Shown here piece after piece: positions 12,701-27,500 of a stretch of 64,000 bases of DNA; positions within the stretch are counted from its first letter, which is position 1; each line of letters starts with the position of its first letter. The position numbers were made by a program, and so were the translations under genes. This stretch comes from Takakia lepidozioides (taxonomy: Eukaryota > Plantae > Bryophyta): the NCBI GenBank assembly GCA_030704615.1, contig CM060732.1, positions 75,640,001-75,704,000 of the forward strand. Reading direction: 5' to 3'. The notes beneath the pieces were generated by a model, which worked only from the letters and a program-made list of their open reading frames with translations, was not told the origin of the DNA and did no database searches.

Positions 12701-14727
12701 TACATAAGGTACCAAAGTATGAAGGCATGAGAAAGCGGTCTACCTACTCACCGTGTCCTTTGCTTGACAACACAGAAGCATAGATTTGAACTTCCAGAAT
12801 CTGCCAGTATGCTCTTATGAGGTGTCAGGACTCAAACGAGTTGACAAACAAGAGTTCAAAGACGTGTGTGCAGAGCAGGCTCTTATGGGGTGCATGCAGA
12901 GCATGGCTTGAACTCTCTCTGCTCCCTCTGGTACCCGTGGTGGTGTCTGAATGGTGCAAGGAGTGATCTTGAAAACATAGAACAGAAGCATATATTTGAA
13001 CTTTCAAAATTTATGAGGTATTCATTCCAGTCTGCTCTTATGAAGGGTACCGACTCAAAAGAGTTGACAGCGAAAATTGTGCTTGAACCGGACTCTTATG
13101 GGGTGCATACAGAGCAACACTTGAACTCGATCTTCTCCCTCTGGTTGTTAGAAGGACGCAACTCCATACGAAGAGATGAACAACAAACCACAGAAGTCTT
13201 CAACATTATAGTTACATTGGTGGGCATGCGTACGTACAAAGGTTCAGAGACATTGAAGTTCTGTAGAACGTCCTTGATTGACCTCAGCTGCTGCTCCATG
13301 GCTGGCATTTCCTCCTCTATCTAAGAATGACAAGTCCGTTCCACTATTACCTGATTTGTTAGTCTAGGCTCAACACTGGATGAACTCTTCAATAACTGCA
13401 GATGGTCACAAGTCACAACCTAGGGCAAGCAGTCTTGTCAGTACGTTCTATACTCGATGCCAGATTACAGAGCGTGTGAGATGTACTTTAAAAACACCTT
13501 AGGTGAAGCTGCTCCCGGCAGGTCTAACTGAAGGCTCTGTAACATCTGGACAGTTTGCCTGCAAACTGGCAGATTGTGTTCGAGCTAAATCAACTTCACT
13601 CTATTGACAAAGCATTGGTTACATGGATTGTTCAACACAAAATGGTGTAAGTTCAATGTGTGTTCATATATTTTAAGCAAACACAGAATCAAGATAGCTG
13701 ATACAAAAGGCGGTATCAGTGATCACTCTTCTGCTTCCTGCATCTCACCAGATGTTTGTTCTACCTGGTTCTGGCGTCGCATTAATTCCACCATGTCACG
13801 CTCTGCCTGTTCTTCCAGACGTGTGACTTCTGTCTCCAGTCTGCATAGCCCCATGTTTTCTGTGTCAGTTTCTTGGCATAGACATAGCAGAATGCCAATA
13901 ACTGAGAAGCACAGTTTGGATTATTGACAGGTTTTCCCCATCCCACTTGCCAAATTTCCGGTAATACACATGTGAAGGAACCTTCTGGAGGGAACTTAAA
14001 CAGCCTACCAGTAGATTCCAACAGAGGCCGAGTCACACAGACTAAATACAAAGTGTTTGTCAATGTTTAGTGTCAGCAGGTGAAAGTGTTAGGGACCATG
14101 TTGCCTTTCAGCCCTATTTATACTGTCTGTGATTGGGCAGCAAGTGTATGTCTATAACCTGCTCAAATGCGATAACAGGTACTAACAGAAGTTTTGTTGG
14201 TTTCAATTGCAGGCCAAGGCCCCTAGGCATCACTTAGTCTTTACTGCTCCCCTCGGCCATCCCCTCCAGGAACCATGATGAGGGGTACCAATACAAAATA
14301 TTATTTCCAGTTGCAGATCCAGAAGGATAGAAATGAACCTTTCCTCCCTGAGGCAAGGTGAATGGAGTCTCGGTTACTTAAGCTGAATGGATTGGATCCC
14401 ACACCTTCACACAAATCCGCCGGAACACTCGGTAAACACGCATGATGGCAGTGCGAGGACCCTCCGCCATGTTATCCTTTTGAACATGCATTATTCATGT
14501 CTACAGTTTCAAGAACAGAGGCATCTATCGCAGGCAGATTTTCTCCAAGGCAATACCTTTGGATGTAAAGTGAGTCTTCAGTATCTTGATTGGCCCTGTC
14601 CTGTCTGAGCAGATCAACCTGTGCTTGTAGAGTCGCCACTTGTACACGGCTGTCACCCAGCTGCTGCACCAACCTTGATAACTCATCTTGATACACCCCT
14701 GTGTGCACTCCATCAACACAGTCAATC
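6785..14727 (-). CDS. PIBF1: PIBF1/CEP90-like centriolar coiled-coil protein (multi-exon; 5' end uncertain, may extend to 15066 or beyond)
   Basis: Spliced exons read, in order: MVELMRRQNQ|IEEEMPAMEQQLRSIKDVLQNFNVSEPL|YMELKAIPQNRRT; HTVELLSMDK|IYLSREV; KRARQELYNK; ELSRLQERANQDIETIR; FRDMRDGALSEAERA; YRELQ..KIKDFELDR; ILTEQYHALE..RLDLYE; HQPQAYLV; QDIRKLLQAR. These are colinear with animal PIBF1 as I recall it. Stop TGA at 6787-6785. Confidence 0.85.
12770..13146. repeat. Diverged tandem duplication (about 170-bp unit) in a PIBF1 intron
   Basis: cagaagcat..tttgaactt..gctcttatga..gactcaaa.gagttgaca..ctcttatggggtgcat.cagagca..cttgaactc..ctccctctggt occurs at about 12770-12932 and 12980-13146. 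Confidence 0.75.
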
Positions 14728-16354
14728 CTGCACAAGTTTACAGCTGAGTGGCTCCTTAATCATTTCTAACGTCCTCTGGCCAAGGGAGGAACTATAAAAC
14801 GACGTGACATTGATGAAAGTTTTATAACGTCTGGGGGAACGGAAGGAACTTTACAACGTTCACTAGGAGAGCTTATTGGACAAGAACGCATGACAAACAA
14901 ACCAACCATAGAAACCAAACAATTCTGTCCAAGTCTAGGGAGGTCAAAACATACGTGCACCATCACTGCCGGACGGTGTGGTGGTTCCATCTGAATCCGA
15001 GGCTGTGGGTGAGTTTCCTAGGGAGTTTGTCAGCAAAATTCTTGGTGTCTCTTGCTCATAGTTCATCACGGCCTCAGTAGCACCTTGCTGCACAGCCGTC
15101 ACTGTAACAGTCAGATCAATTTGTCATGCGTAAGTGACTTCTACATAAGGTATGTTACCGGGTTGGAGGGAATTTGGCAGGCAATGCATGGGCACTTGAC
15201 TTTCACAACGACGTACACTGTTAAGTCGATGGTAGAAGATCCCGCCATGTATCTTGAACCCATTGCATTTAGTATCGCTAATTTCTAAAGAGACTGCCCA
15301 CAGCTTACTTGATCTAAAACTGAGTAACATACGAATTTGGATCTAGTACAGTTGAGCCAAGTGTCTGTATTCGGGTAGAGGTGTCCAGCTGCAGAGACTG
15401 TCATTCAATACATTCCGAGTATACCAAATAAGAGTTCTGGGATAGAGAAAGATGAGCAATGGGGGAAGCAATAGCACAAGTAGGAAGTAATATGAACTTG
15501 CATTGTGGGCGGGGGACTGGGTTTGAGCAGATGGCGAGGCCACATCTCCACTTTCAAATGAATTTGACTGCACATATACCCGAAGTTTTCAATATCAATT
15601 GCAAGATGCCACTACCCGTCTTTTTACTAGCAGTCAAGGCTTTTGAAGGTTTGGATTTTTGAGGAAATAATTGGGCACATAACTGAGCTTATGAAAGATC
15701 CCTTTGGAAATTACCTTGTCCAAATCCACCAACAACTTTACGAATGCTGGTTTTGTTAGTTGCCACACCACTGTAAAGATGTCTGATTCTTAAGTCCAAT
15801 TCATTCAAGACTTAGGGGGCTTCTTATTCACTGCTGTCCTCAAGTGGAGGACGTTCGCATGTTAGCTACAAGATGTATTGAGGAGACAACTGCTTAAATC
15901 TGTGCTTTTGACGGCAGATGTCGATAGCTGAGTCAGGTAATCGAAACGGTACTTGGAGATCCCTTAAGAGAGCCTCAAGGTGCTGCGTAGTCTGCGACAT
16001 TGGATACTCTTAGTTGCAGCAGATTGGGACGCTGTCCTCCGTCAATCGCGTGGTAAAGCAGCAACAGGATGATAATTCATTCAGCTCGCACTAGCTGCGA
16101 TCAAACAGGGAATGGTTACTTACCCGAGCTTCAGCAGAGGACGTCCAGGCACGGACAGGGAGACAATTGCTTAGACACAAAGATAACCCTGGGACCACAT
16201 CTCCAAGCAAGCACAAACTTGACTGGCGCACAAACTTGATATCTGAGACTCCGTGGACATGCATGCCAAATGCGGAGAAGCCTGAAATTACTCGAGGAAA
16301 CCGAACAGGAAGCTTGAAATATTTGTTGCTGTACCTGGATCTGCTTCATCCGAG

Positions 16355-16622
16355 GTTGCGGATCTTCCTTGCTCATGGATGCTCACTTTGAGAGACGTTT
16401 TTCTGGGATACGCTTCCACAGTATGCGCACAACATGCGCAGGGCTTCCCGAGGAACGAGCCCTTGTCACCAGTGCCATGGAGAGAGGTTATACTGTTATC
16501 GCCACCTCCAGTAGCGGGAATTCTGAGGATGATGACATGGAGAACACCAAGAAGATACTGCGTGGTTGGATCCTGGAGCAAGGGTTGACGCATCACCCTG
16601 CCACCGGTCTCGGGGCCTCCTC
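16355..16622 (+). pseudogene. Pseudogene fragment of an uncharacterised plant alpha/beta-hydrolase-like family
   Basis: IFLAHGCSL*ETFFWD, then a frameshift to CAGLPEERALVTSAMERGYTVIATSSSG...W....L...P.TGLGASS. The motif order FLAHGC-FWD-GLPEE-LGASS(GG) is recognisable, with one stop and one frameshift. Confidence 0.6.
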
Positions 16623-18522
16623 TTTGAAATCCTTCAGCTCATGGACAGTTTAAATTGGATTCTTATACAGTCTTTCTAGTAGGTTGTTGGTGAGAAAGAC
16701 ACTCTCTGGAAGTGTGCTAATTCTCCATAGACATTCGGGCCTTGCGCCTGCAGATGAGGTGGTAGCAGAGCAAGAAAATCCATAGAACGCTGGACCTTAT
16801 GTGCCGTTACCGAAACACGTAAAAGGCGAGCTGGCAGGTCAGACGACGAAGCTACGGTGGAGAAGTGTGAAGCCAACAAGGTGCAGAGTGCATACACTCC
16901 TAGTAGACGATCCACAAATTATGGAAAACCTGAAGAGATTGTCTGGCTGGGGATGGAGGTAGGTATGCAAGATGTGGAAGATGAGCAAAAGAGAAGCTGG
17001 CCATTGCTTTGCTATCAGAGTGTGCTGCCACACTGCCACAAAGATCATCAATAGTTGGCCGAGCTTGTAGTACGCATCGGCAACCCGCTTTCACCACTTC
17101 TAAGACGAGGGTCAGTTCTTGTGCGGATTACCGATAAAAGAAGAACACGACCACAAGGGAAACAAGAGGGCAAAGAACTCTGGAACTAAAAAAACATAAG
17201 CAAAGATGATGTTGGAGGAGGAAAAGTGTATTCGAATACTTCTTTAGTTCTCCATATTGACGATCACAACTTACTTACCACTGCTTCCTGAGAAGAGTTC
17301 TTTGTCTTACATACTCAGGCATACCAACCATTACCCTAAAAGGAGATTGTCCTGTACATGCAAATTTCTGGGCTCATGGCTCATAGTGACCTCAAGGACC
17401 AAATGCACACACAAGGAAGACCATAATGGCCTTTTCAAAGCTTTATTCTATCTTCTTTAGAAAAGTGACTCACATATTGTACATCCGGGAGTAGTGAGAG
17501 ATGAAGGCCATCAATCCAGCTACTCTAGTCTGCGAAGCAGAAGAATTGAAAGTATTACCCACAAGTGCAGGTTATCCCCATTCATGAGGCAACCACCCAC
17601 ACCCTGAGTTTTAAGATTATTTTACAGACTCAGATTTTATGATGATCCCATTGAACTAGGCAAAAGCTGAGGATCAATATACTGAGACAGACTCGCTGAG
17701 GAAGAAAACCCCTTGCTAATGATGAAGGGAGTATCATATCCAAAAATGGCGCCAACTGACTGCAGTCAGAGAGTTTGACGGTTTATTGTGCATTGTAGGC
17801 CTTTCGGTCGATGGACCCAAACTCGTTAGACAAAATCTCGGGGGTCACACTGATTCGTGCCCCTCTTGAAGCGCTGTTGTAAAGCATATTCTTCCATTCT
17901 GGTCGCAATCTGCTCTTTATAATGATGATGACAAGGGCCTCTCTTTGCAATTAATTATCTGCACTCTACCACAATGCCCGGCATCAGCAAGGTTCTGCAG
18001 TATCTCACTCCTCTCACTACATTTCTATTATGACCAGCTGGAGAACAGCTAAAACATCTAGTTGGCTATGGGGGAGCCAGGGCAATACTGTATGCCATTG
18101 CCAACCAGCACGAACCCAGAGTTGATGCCCGTAAGGCAGCATTTCTATAAAGCTGAAACAATTCTAATATCTTCCATTTGAAGCTGGCAAGAGTTTTTCA
18201 AGTCAATTTTGTGTAGGGGGAGATAGACATACCAGGCTGCAGAGCTGCCGTCTTGGAATCCACACTGGGGTTGCTTCTCTGACCCAGCTTCAAACATGCT
18301 CGCTTGTGCTGACCCATTTATTTCAGTCAAACTTTACAAAGTGCTAACAAGAGTAGTCTGTTCACTACTGTCACAATCAATCATAGCCCGTCTCACTGTT
18401 AACATCAGGGTACAAAACGATGGGCTGTACGAGGGCTGAAGAGTCTTACATGCACTACTCGGAGGACCAGACAACAGGTCAGGGGAAGTTTGGGTCAGCA
18501 AATTAGTTGGTAATTAGTTAGC

Positions 18523-21500
18523 TCAGATGCCAGAATCAGAGGGTACTTCGGTGGATAACTGCAGAATTCCCAGCATTTGCAGATAGGGGTTCTCCAGCAA
18601 TTTCTCGTTGTTGCTCTGATAGAGATCCCAGCCAAACCCCACAAATTGCAAAATTAGAATCAACAACCATATCTTCACATTCACATTCACATCACCTTTC
18701 ATACTTCAACCCCAAAAGCTAATCTTTTCTCACAGCAAGCAGCTTTTCTACCTGCTGAGCTTTGAAGACAAGGTTGTGAAGCATCCGTTGATATGTCTCC
18801 GGCTCCTCAGTCATCATCCTCTTTAATAAAAATGCTGATGTGTAGTATGCTATCCGTGCATCTGCATCGTCGAGAAAGGACCTGCTTGGCAAAGTCATAG
18901 TCAAGACAACATGTGAAAAGAAGCCTGCAATGCACTTATAGGCTTACATTGTCCCAAGCCATGATACTGAGACGCAGACTTCCTACATGGCAAGAAAAAC
19001 CTACAACCCAGTTCTAGGTCTGTAGTAACTAGCATTTGCTGGACATTCCCGACCTCCCAAATGTAGGAAGCTAAACTCCCAGCCTGACAAAAATAAGATC
19101 AAGGTTGTGTTAAATGTATGCCCAGTCACATTTATCAGAAACCCATTCAACAAACTGGGGTGTATGATATAACTCGATCGGTCTTCCCACCTTCCCTCCC
19201 CCTATCTCTTCTGCCCCTTGTCTGCTCTGTCCAAAATGTATGCAGGGTTTATGCCCACAATCCTACAGCAACAAAATGCAGATGAGAGCATCGCTCTATT
19301 TGTTGCCTTCATAAAACAGTACCTGAAGAATTCTTCACCACCGACCTCATCCATAGCTGCCTGATAGGCGCTACACTTGCCAATAAGGAGCAAAAGCAGA
19401 GCTGTGCGTACATCACAAGCTGTCCCTTCCACATTACCACCACCCCGGCTTCCAACAGCAACACCAAGTGCAACATCATCATTTGCAGATCCCGCCAACT
19501 GCATCAATGGCCAGTAGAGAAGTGGTGCAGGCATATTAGCTACAAGCAGTTTAGGAGCCACTACGTGCCCGCTCAGCAGCATGGACGCCATAGAGTTTTG
19601 ACTTGCGCTGTCAATAACATTGACCATATTACCACTGATATTGATGACGTTATTACTCATCACATTACTATCCGTCGTATTTCTGGTTCCTGATATCGAG
19701 GTCTCCTTAGGCCCCAGCTGTTGGGATGTCGTGTTGTCTAGTATCGATGCTGAGTCTAGCCTGCCATTGGAAGATACATGTAGCCTTGTGCCATCATATG
19801 GCGCTGTTTGCTGCCCAGTCACTGATGTTGGATGGGATGCAGATGGAAGGGGCCACTTCACACACAGCTGTGAGAACATCATGTTGCACATCTGAATCAA
19901 AATTCACCCAACTGAGTAAATATCTTGGTCGGATACCATTTGGAAACAGGACTGAGCTTACAGTGGAGTTCAAATTCAGAGCCTATGTAACCAAAGTAGG
20001 CACATTTATTAGCCTTTCAAGTATGCATTGAAGTGCCTGAGTGTCACATTCATCAGGGCACAACAGAATGTAGCCAGTAGCCAAACAATAAGATCAAACA
20101 AGTGCAACATGTGCAAGGATCTCACAATGCTACAACTCCAATAGACAGATATGCTGATAACAGGAATGGCTGCCAGACTCAAGTGGAATATTGGTTGAGT
20201 AGTAGCATGTATGCCCCCTGATGTGAAAGCTCACTCTTCACTATGGGCCCAGAAGAAAGATTCATCAAGGAAATGAAACTAACATATTTTTCACTAAATA
20301 ATCATCAGAACAAGGGACCCCAACAGCAATTTTGAAGCAGGTTTACCTGCAAGATGTTAATGCGGTCAGTATCATTATTCGAGATGACTTGCCAAAGTGC
20401 TCCATTCATAAGCCCAAGCATTGCAAGCGCCCGGTCTTGCGCACCCATGCTTCGTGCTACCTCCTTGATCTCCCCTTCCCCAGATGCTGGATGGCTTTCG
20501 AGCTCCAAACCAGGCCTCTGACACTGCAACAACAGCTTTTCAAGGACCAACACAAAGCCTCTCCGGACAATTGGCAACTTGGACTTGAGTAATCCACAAA
20601 GTAACCTGACAGCCGATGAGATCGCTGGAGACTCGCTCCCCTCCTCTGATACATCAGTTTCAGCAGCTCGTTCAAGACTACCCAGCAGTGCTAGCTGGCG
20701 CTGCAATGCATGAGTGTTTAGTTTACTTGACTGCTTGGAAGACCCCCGGGCCACTTCCGCTGCAAGAAGCTCAAGAAGCCATGCATACCCATTGGAGCGG
20801 TACATTGTCCGAGGCGAATGAAGGAGGGCCTGTAGAGTAGCCCATGCTTTGGAAACCAAAGCTGGGTCAAGAGCCCTGTCACGGGCAAGAGTGCTGCTGC
20901 TGCTGGCATTGGCACTTGTGGGCCCCTCACTGACCATGGTTACCTTAATCAGTTGCAGGAACTCAGGATCTGGGTGTGCATACGTGGACGCCAGCATGTC
21001 AAGAGCTCCCGCAATTTCCTCCAACATCTGTTGACAAAGATCACATTTCATCTCACATGGCCTCATGCTCTCTCCCATACATATCAGGACATGCTGGGAC
21101 ACTGCAATGTCCTCCATTAGCTGGAAGCAATGATTGAAAGCCCAATACCCACCAAGAATGAACAGAAGGGAAGGTAGAAAGAAGAGAACAGACGAAACGC
21201 TCCCCAATAAGAATCCAACAATCTGACTTTTTAATCTGTTTTTTATTGTAGATTGTTTACAATCTTTCCAGTTGGAGTTTGTACCACAGCATTAAGACGG
21301 CCACTGGTGACATCCCGTGACATTGCCGTGAGGATAGACTTGGCAATGCCCTCACCCACACCTGGCAGTCCCTGCTTGAATGCCAGCGCAAAAGACTCTG
21401 GAGCCTCTGCCAGGGTCAGTGCTGTTGCAACTGCCTGAATCTCTTCCTGTCCAGGCAACTGCTTTCCTGAAAGCGTCATCGTCTGGATCATGTCATGCAG

Positions 21501-24500
21501 CACATAATCAAACATGATTGCAAACAAGTTGCGCTTTGCTTCAGTTGTCTTTGCCCTTGCATACTGCAGCCAAGATAAGAACATAGGCTCAATCAATAAC
21601 TTCTTCATTACAAGGCTTCAACAGCAAGATCAAATGGATCATTCTATTCTTCAGGCAAGAAGAGCCCACATCTCCCATTGCTAAGTCAGAGAACCCTTCC
21701 GTAGTGTCTTAAACACTAGCCATATGTTTGACAGAAATTTACAACAGTCTTGGGCCAGAACTAAACATTACTACGCGTGTATTCGTGCATATGAAAGTCC
21801 AGAGGATACACATATGATCAAATGCATACTGGTGTATTACAAGAGCCCAACATGAAATCACTTCAAGGGCATGTACGGGGAGCTTGGGATTACTGCAGGA
21901 CCAGCCTGGAAGTTAGAGGTGCTGCGTATGAAACAATGGTCTTCTGGAAAGTAATCTTCTAGCAATGAACTTCAGATTCGTCCTTGCAAACTTTTGCCAG
22001 GAACTCAACCTTTGGTTGGCGGATAAGTTTTGAAAGCATTATCAAGTGCTTACAAGAGAGGCAACCAACTAAAAGAGAAGTGATGAACTATATCCAAGTT
22101 GTTGACACATTGCACAAACATATGGAAGGACCAGGGCAAACCCACCTCATTACAAATGCTTTCGATGCCGCCCATAAGAGTAAGTTGCTCCACGTCAAGT
22201 GTGGGTTTGCTAGAGGGGTGCCCATCTGGCAAAACAGACATGGGATACAAGAGGTTGCAGGCCATCCGTATTAACCGGCTGTGGACTTCATCTGCCCATG
22301 CATGCTCCCAGCTCACCTCCAACAGTGACCTCAGCACCTGCCCTACAACAATATTGGAAAGATTCAGTTGTGGGGCAGAGCCCGTTCAGAACCAATTGAA
22401 CAAGTTCTCCATACAGCAATCACTTGGAAATGAAACAAGATTGTTGACAAAACATGTAGTTGAACTTCTGGGTAAACTTCTACAGTCTTGACAAAACTCC
22501 AACTTGAAGAAACATACCCGGATATCCAGTCCATCCAGTCTTTGCCTCTTGATTCTGCCACGGTCGCAGACCATATATAAAAGGCAACTAAGTGCTGCTC
22601 CCCACACTCCCTCCTCTGATTCCTCTGTCTGCACTCAGAAGACTAACTGTCATGATATCATATTACCCCCTTGGCCAATGAAAAAAGGATTTGTGTATAA
22701 TACAGCAAACAAAGCTAGTAAAAATGTAATGGCAGTTACGCTGGCGCCACATAGGGCATAAAACAGACATTCTTTTGGGCATCAACCTTGCGACCAGATC
22801 TTCCTGACAACTTGAACCCATACTTTTTATCCTGATAAAAGGTGCCACATATGTTGCCATGGCTTTGGTATGGAACAGCTCAACCCTCCGCTATCGGATT
22901 CTCATTAAAGTGACAGTACTCAGGGGTACCTGAACAAGGAAGAGCAGCATTTCACACAGAATGTCCAGCAACCAGGCTTCAAACTCCCCGACTGCGGGAG
23001 GAGTACCACGCTCAGGCTTTTCAAGGAATGATTTCACACCACCGGTGCCTTCATGGACGGTATTCGCGTAAGGTTTCCCCCTCTGTCCAATCCCATTGGC
23101 GACTGCCCCTGACTCATAGCCCAAAGTGAAAGAGCCACCATTTTCTGAAGTGAAAGGCTGGGGAGAAGGCCCTTCCTCCACTGAAGCTTGGTCCTCACTC
23201 TGCATTGGCTCCAGAAGGTGGGCATGCACACCAAGATTGAGCACCAAATCAAACGAGCGGACCCGAACTGCAGCATGTCCTGAGCCCAGCATTCCCTGGC
23301 AGGCCAAAATGTCACCCTCCTCTTGCATCAGTACGTGGACACACCAGTACCTGCGAAAGAGGCTTTTGAAGTCCTCTCCTGATTCTATTTGCTCCATTTG
23401 ACTGTAACCACAACCACTCTAGTAAGAAACATATTAGCATCCACAGAGACACCCGCAAGTCCATGCACTGGATGTTCAGTGCAAAACACTCTGAAGCTTC
23501 GAAGTTTCCTAGGTTTTTATGGCACATGCTCCTGAGCGGATTACTGGCTTCTGCAGTGACAGTTGTCGTAGGGAGGATAAATGCCCAAGGAAGTTTTTGT
23601 ACCAAAATATTCTATAAGGGAGTAGACGCCTCTAGATTGGAAGGCAGAGATTTGGATCAAATGAGTTCTGCGGAAGTGTAAGCTTGATAATAAATGCACG
23701 ACTATGACCAATTTTGAAAAAAAGGGTCGATACCTGCAGCAAGGAGAGAGTGAGTGGAGCTGCAGTTCGAGAGTCTGCCATGTACCTACAAATTTATCTC
23801 GAATCAGTCCACAAAATCCAAGAACCAACCATCAACTCCACATAAAAGCTTGGAAAAATCTTGAACGTGTACAAACTTGAAAGCGCAAAATGGTCTTGCA
23901 GCCTAATACAATTAAGTGAGGAAGAAACTCTCAAGATACTCAAGAGCTTTCTAATGTTAACCAGACCAACCCTGCATTTAATCGCCTCGGAATTCAAGCA
24001 GTAAAAATATGAGACCCATGGGGGCCAAACGTGAAAGTGCTTGCACCCACATGTCAATGAGAAGTTTGATGAGGACACTAGCAGCAACATCCGAAGCCTC
24101 CATAGCAAGCTTGCCGGTCTGGTTACCGAGCATGGGTGGAGGGGTGGCCAATGCTGCACTGCTAGAAGCAGCTGCCTCTGCACAGACTGCAAGGACCACT
24201 TCCTCCATCTCTGCCTCACTCAAACGCAATGGCTGCTGTTCACTGTCCCAGACCATACAGTTTCTTCATTGTGAAAAAAAGCCTGGTAGGCACAACCATC
24301 AAATTGAAAAGCTGTCAAGACTCTTTGATTTGATTAACTTCAGTAGCCTCTACCAATTGGCCAATTCACAAAGATCTATCTGCCGTAAATGGGTCCACAC
24401 CTGTAGTGTCGGTACTGGAACAAAGGCCGTGGTCGCCGCCGTAATGTACTTGCTGGTCCCTCGCCATCCCTTACAAAATGCCACATCACACACTTATCAG

Positions 24501-27500
24501 CCCAATCACTCAATGTCAAGGACTGTCAATAAGCCTATTGAAACTGCCTATTGAAATTATGTGGACAAATACACTTATACTTACAAACTTCTAAAGCCTC
24601 GCCAAGGCAACTGATACATACAGCAAGGAATCTGTACTGAAGGGACAAAAACCACCAAGATTTTGAGCATGACATACCAGCATTGTGAAGGATGGACTTT
24701 TCGCTTAGCAGCAGCAATGGCACGCAGATGAGATCGAGCAGCGGTAGGGTCAGTCGCATTTGTCAAGGTCGAAGGTCGCAGCAGCTGTTCCGAAATTGTG
24801 CCTTCCCCATTCATAGCGTTGAGTTTTTCGCCCTGTTTCCTCACAGAGAACTCCACACCCCGCATCATAAGAGCAGCAGCCCCTTCCTCTGCCAGATTTG
24901 ACATACGCTCCACATGTGGCCTAGCAATGCCCCCACTGCCTTCCCATACACATTTCCAACCCAAATCCACCGTTGAAAGATGGTTGAACACTCTAAACTC
25001 TCAGAACACATCACAAACCTGTGCAGAGTTCTATTCTTTCTATCTGGCATAGAGAATTGGATCTGTAGAGGATCATACCAATTGTTCATGATACAGGGTC
25101 ATTAATTGAGTCGCTCAAAGTCACCTGACCAAAGTAATCGTGACAGGGTTTTATCTGGCCATTAAGGTCCCATCATGGTGTAGCACTTGTTATGATGCCC
25201 AAAAGAGGTTGGATTTGGCAACAGAATGATTCAAGAAGTGATGTGCATTTTGCAAAATCAACGCGAAATCCCTATTTAGACACATCCACAACCACCTCAA
25301 ATTGACATCATACTACATACTCTCAAGACTAGCATGTACATGCAACACCTAAGGGGAAGTTCGGGCATAGTCTTGTATACCCTGACATCTCACAATTGAT
25401 TCCGCAAGTCATGGGGACTATGCCCTCTACTGGCCATCATCTCTCTCGGTTAACCCCAGCACTTCTTCTTATCCTTCCTAGCGGCACAAGCTCTGAAATG
25501 TGAATTTTGACAAGCATCTACCTAGGTGTGACAATCCAGCGAAAAGATGCAGCTGCTACACACCTATCCAACATCACCGGTGAAGGAGCCCATGCCTGCC
25601 GCCCTTTTCCTCCAAGCCAGTGCCATCTTAGGACATCAACAGCAATGTAGTGCCCATCTTCGTCATCAATCTCTTCCAAGCCTGATATCCCCCTAGCCAC
25701 AGTTTTCGCCACTTCTCGGTCTTCAGGCGTGCCCCGTTTGAGGCCCCCAGGCCGGGGGGAAGTGAGAGCTGGGAGAAGAGGCTTTGCTACAGTCAGAGAA
25801 CTGCCCCCAGAATACCCACTGGGTGGCAGATGCCGGTGAACAAGGGCACGTACATATGTTAATGATTTTACCAGTGCAGCTGATGCAAAGGTTGTGAGTC
25901 CCCCAGTGAGGTATGGGACTGTAGGCTCGTTAGCAGGTTGAGCCCAGGGGGTGGTCTTGTTGAAGGAATGGCCAGTGACAGCGTTACACTCACCAATGAG
26001 ACTCACACAGAAGGTGTCAATTTGCTGAAGTGTTGCTGTTCTCGGAACATATCTGCCAACACGACCATTACAATATTTTGTTACAGTCCACATCAGTGAA
26101 CACAAGAGTGATAGGTGTGCACTCTCCAAATGAGTGCTGAGGAGAGTCAAACTATTAGTAACCCAATTCAAGGCTCATCTGGAAAATGGACACATTCTCA
26201 TTGGCTCCCGCTGCAGATAGAAATGAGTACCCAGGAATGCCTAAGAGGCAAAACGCATACAAAACACGGACTGCAGAATCAGTCGCTATTGTACAGCCAT
26301 ATGACCAGTGGCTCCAGATAAGGAAGTCCAAATGATATCACCGTCGGGATCTTGCTAAGGGATCTGACTCAGAAGACTCAGAATTTGAAAGACAAAGTTT
26401 ACGCTTTGCAATGAGTCCACCTCTCATCTGCACTTCTTGATAGTGAGATACTTCAGAGGGAGCTGTTAATGCCTACTTTGAATGATAAGATCTACTAGGT
26501 ACTGCACAATCAAATCAGACATGGGTTCCTAATGTAAGAGCTGGCTCACCTGAAAAGGTATTTTTTAAGGAGGGCCACACATTTGGTGATGACAGGTGGA
26601 CTGTCAAAGACAAACACCAGCACAGGAGCCCAGAATCAATAAGAAACATACAAAATAAAGATAATGGGTCACTTCCAGCTTAAGCTAATATTGGTCAGAT
26701 GTATGTCTTCACTAGTTTCAATGTCTTTCACCTGAACAGCGCTAACAGCAGACAGAGAGTCTAGTGACAACCACTCCTGCCTCATTTGGCTGCTAAACAG
26801 CTGTCCTCGTCCTTCTTGAGATACAGAGAGTGATACCAACTACGTAAGCAACAAAAAGATTTGGAAGATGTAAGGATTGATAGAGAAATTCTACACACAG
26901 ACATTAACTTAGGTTTGTCTCAAGTCAGCCAACCAGAAGCAGAGAATGTGAATGGCTTTAAAACCTTACCCAGTGGTCATGTGGCAAGTCCTGACCACTA
27001 GACAGCCCCTCTGTGAAAGACCTGACTTTCCAAGACTGAGAGCAGGAGATTCTATCGAGTGGAAGAGCTCAGATTTTGCAGTGCTAGCCAAAGTTACCAT
27101 AGAATCACATAGCAACGTACCTCCGGTCTCTCTCTGCAAGGGCATGATCAATAAGCACACAATATGCCGAATCTACAGTAATGGGATTCGCAAGATAGTC
27201 CTGAACCCAACCAAAAGAGCGAGCAATCATATAAAATACCATTCAACATCCAAAGAACCATACCAGATTGCTAACAGCAGATAATTCAGTTATTGTGAAA
27301 GCTATCTAAACTGCAATGCCTGTGATACACTTCATCAAAAGTGCAACCTGCAATGATGCTTACTTTGATCACAGCAACAGTGCACTGGCTGCTACGAGGA
27401 GTACAACCAGCAGGGCATTCAGGAGTGGAACCCTAGCTGACAAGAACCAAGAACCCCAACATGAAACTCACTGGGTAAAGCTGAAGGGTGCCTTACACAG

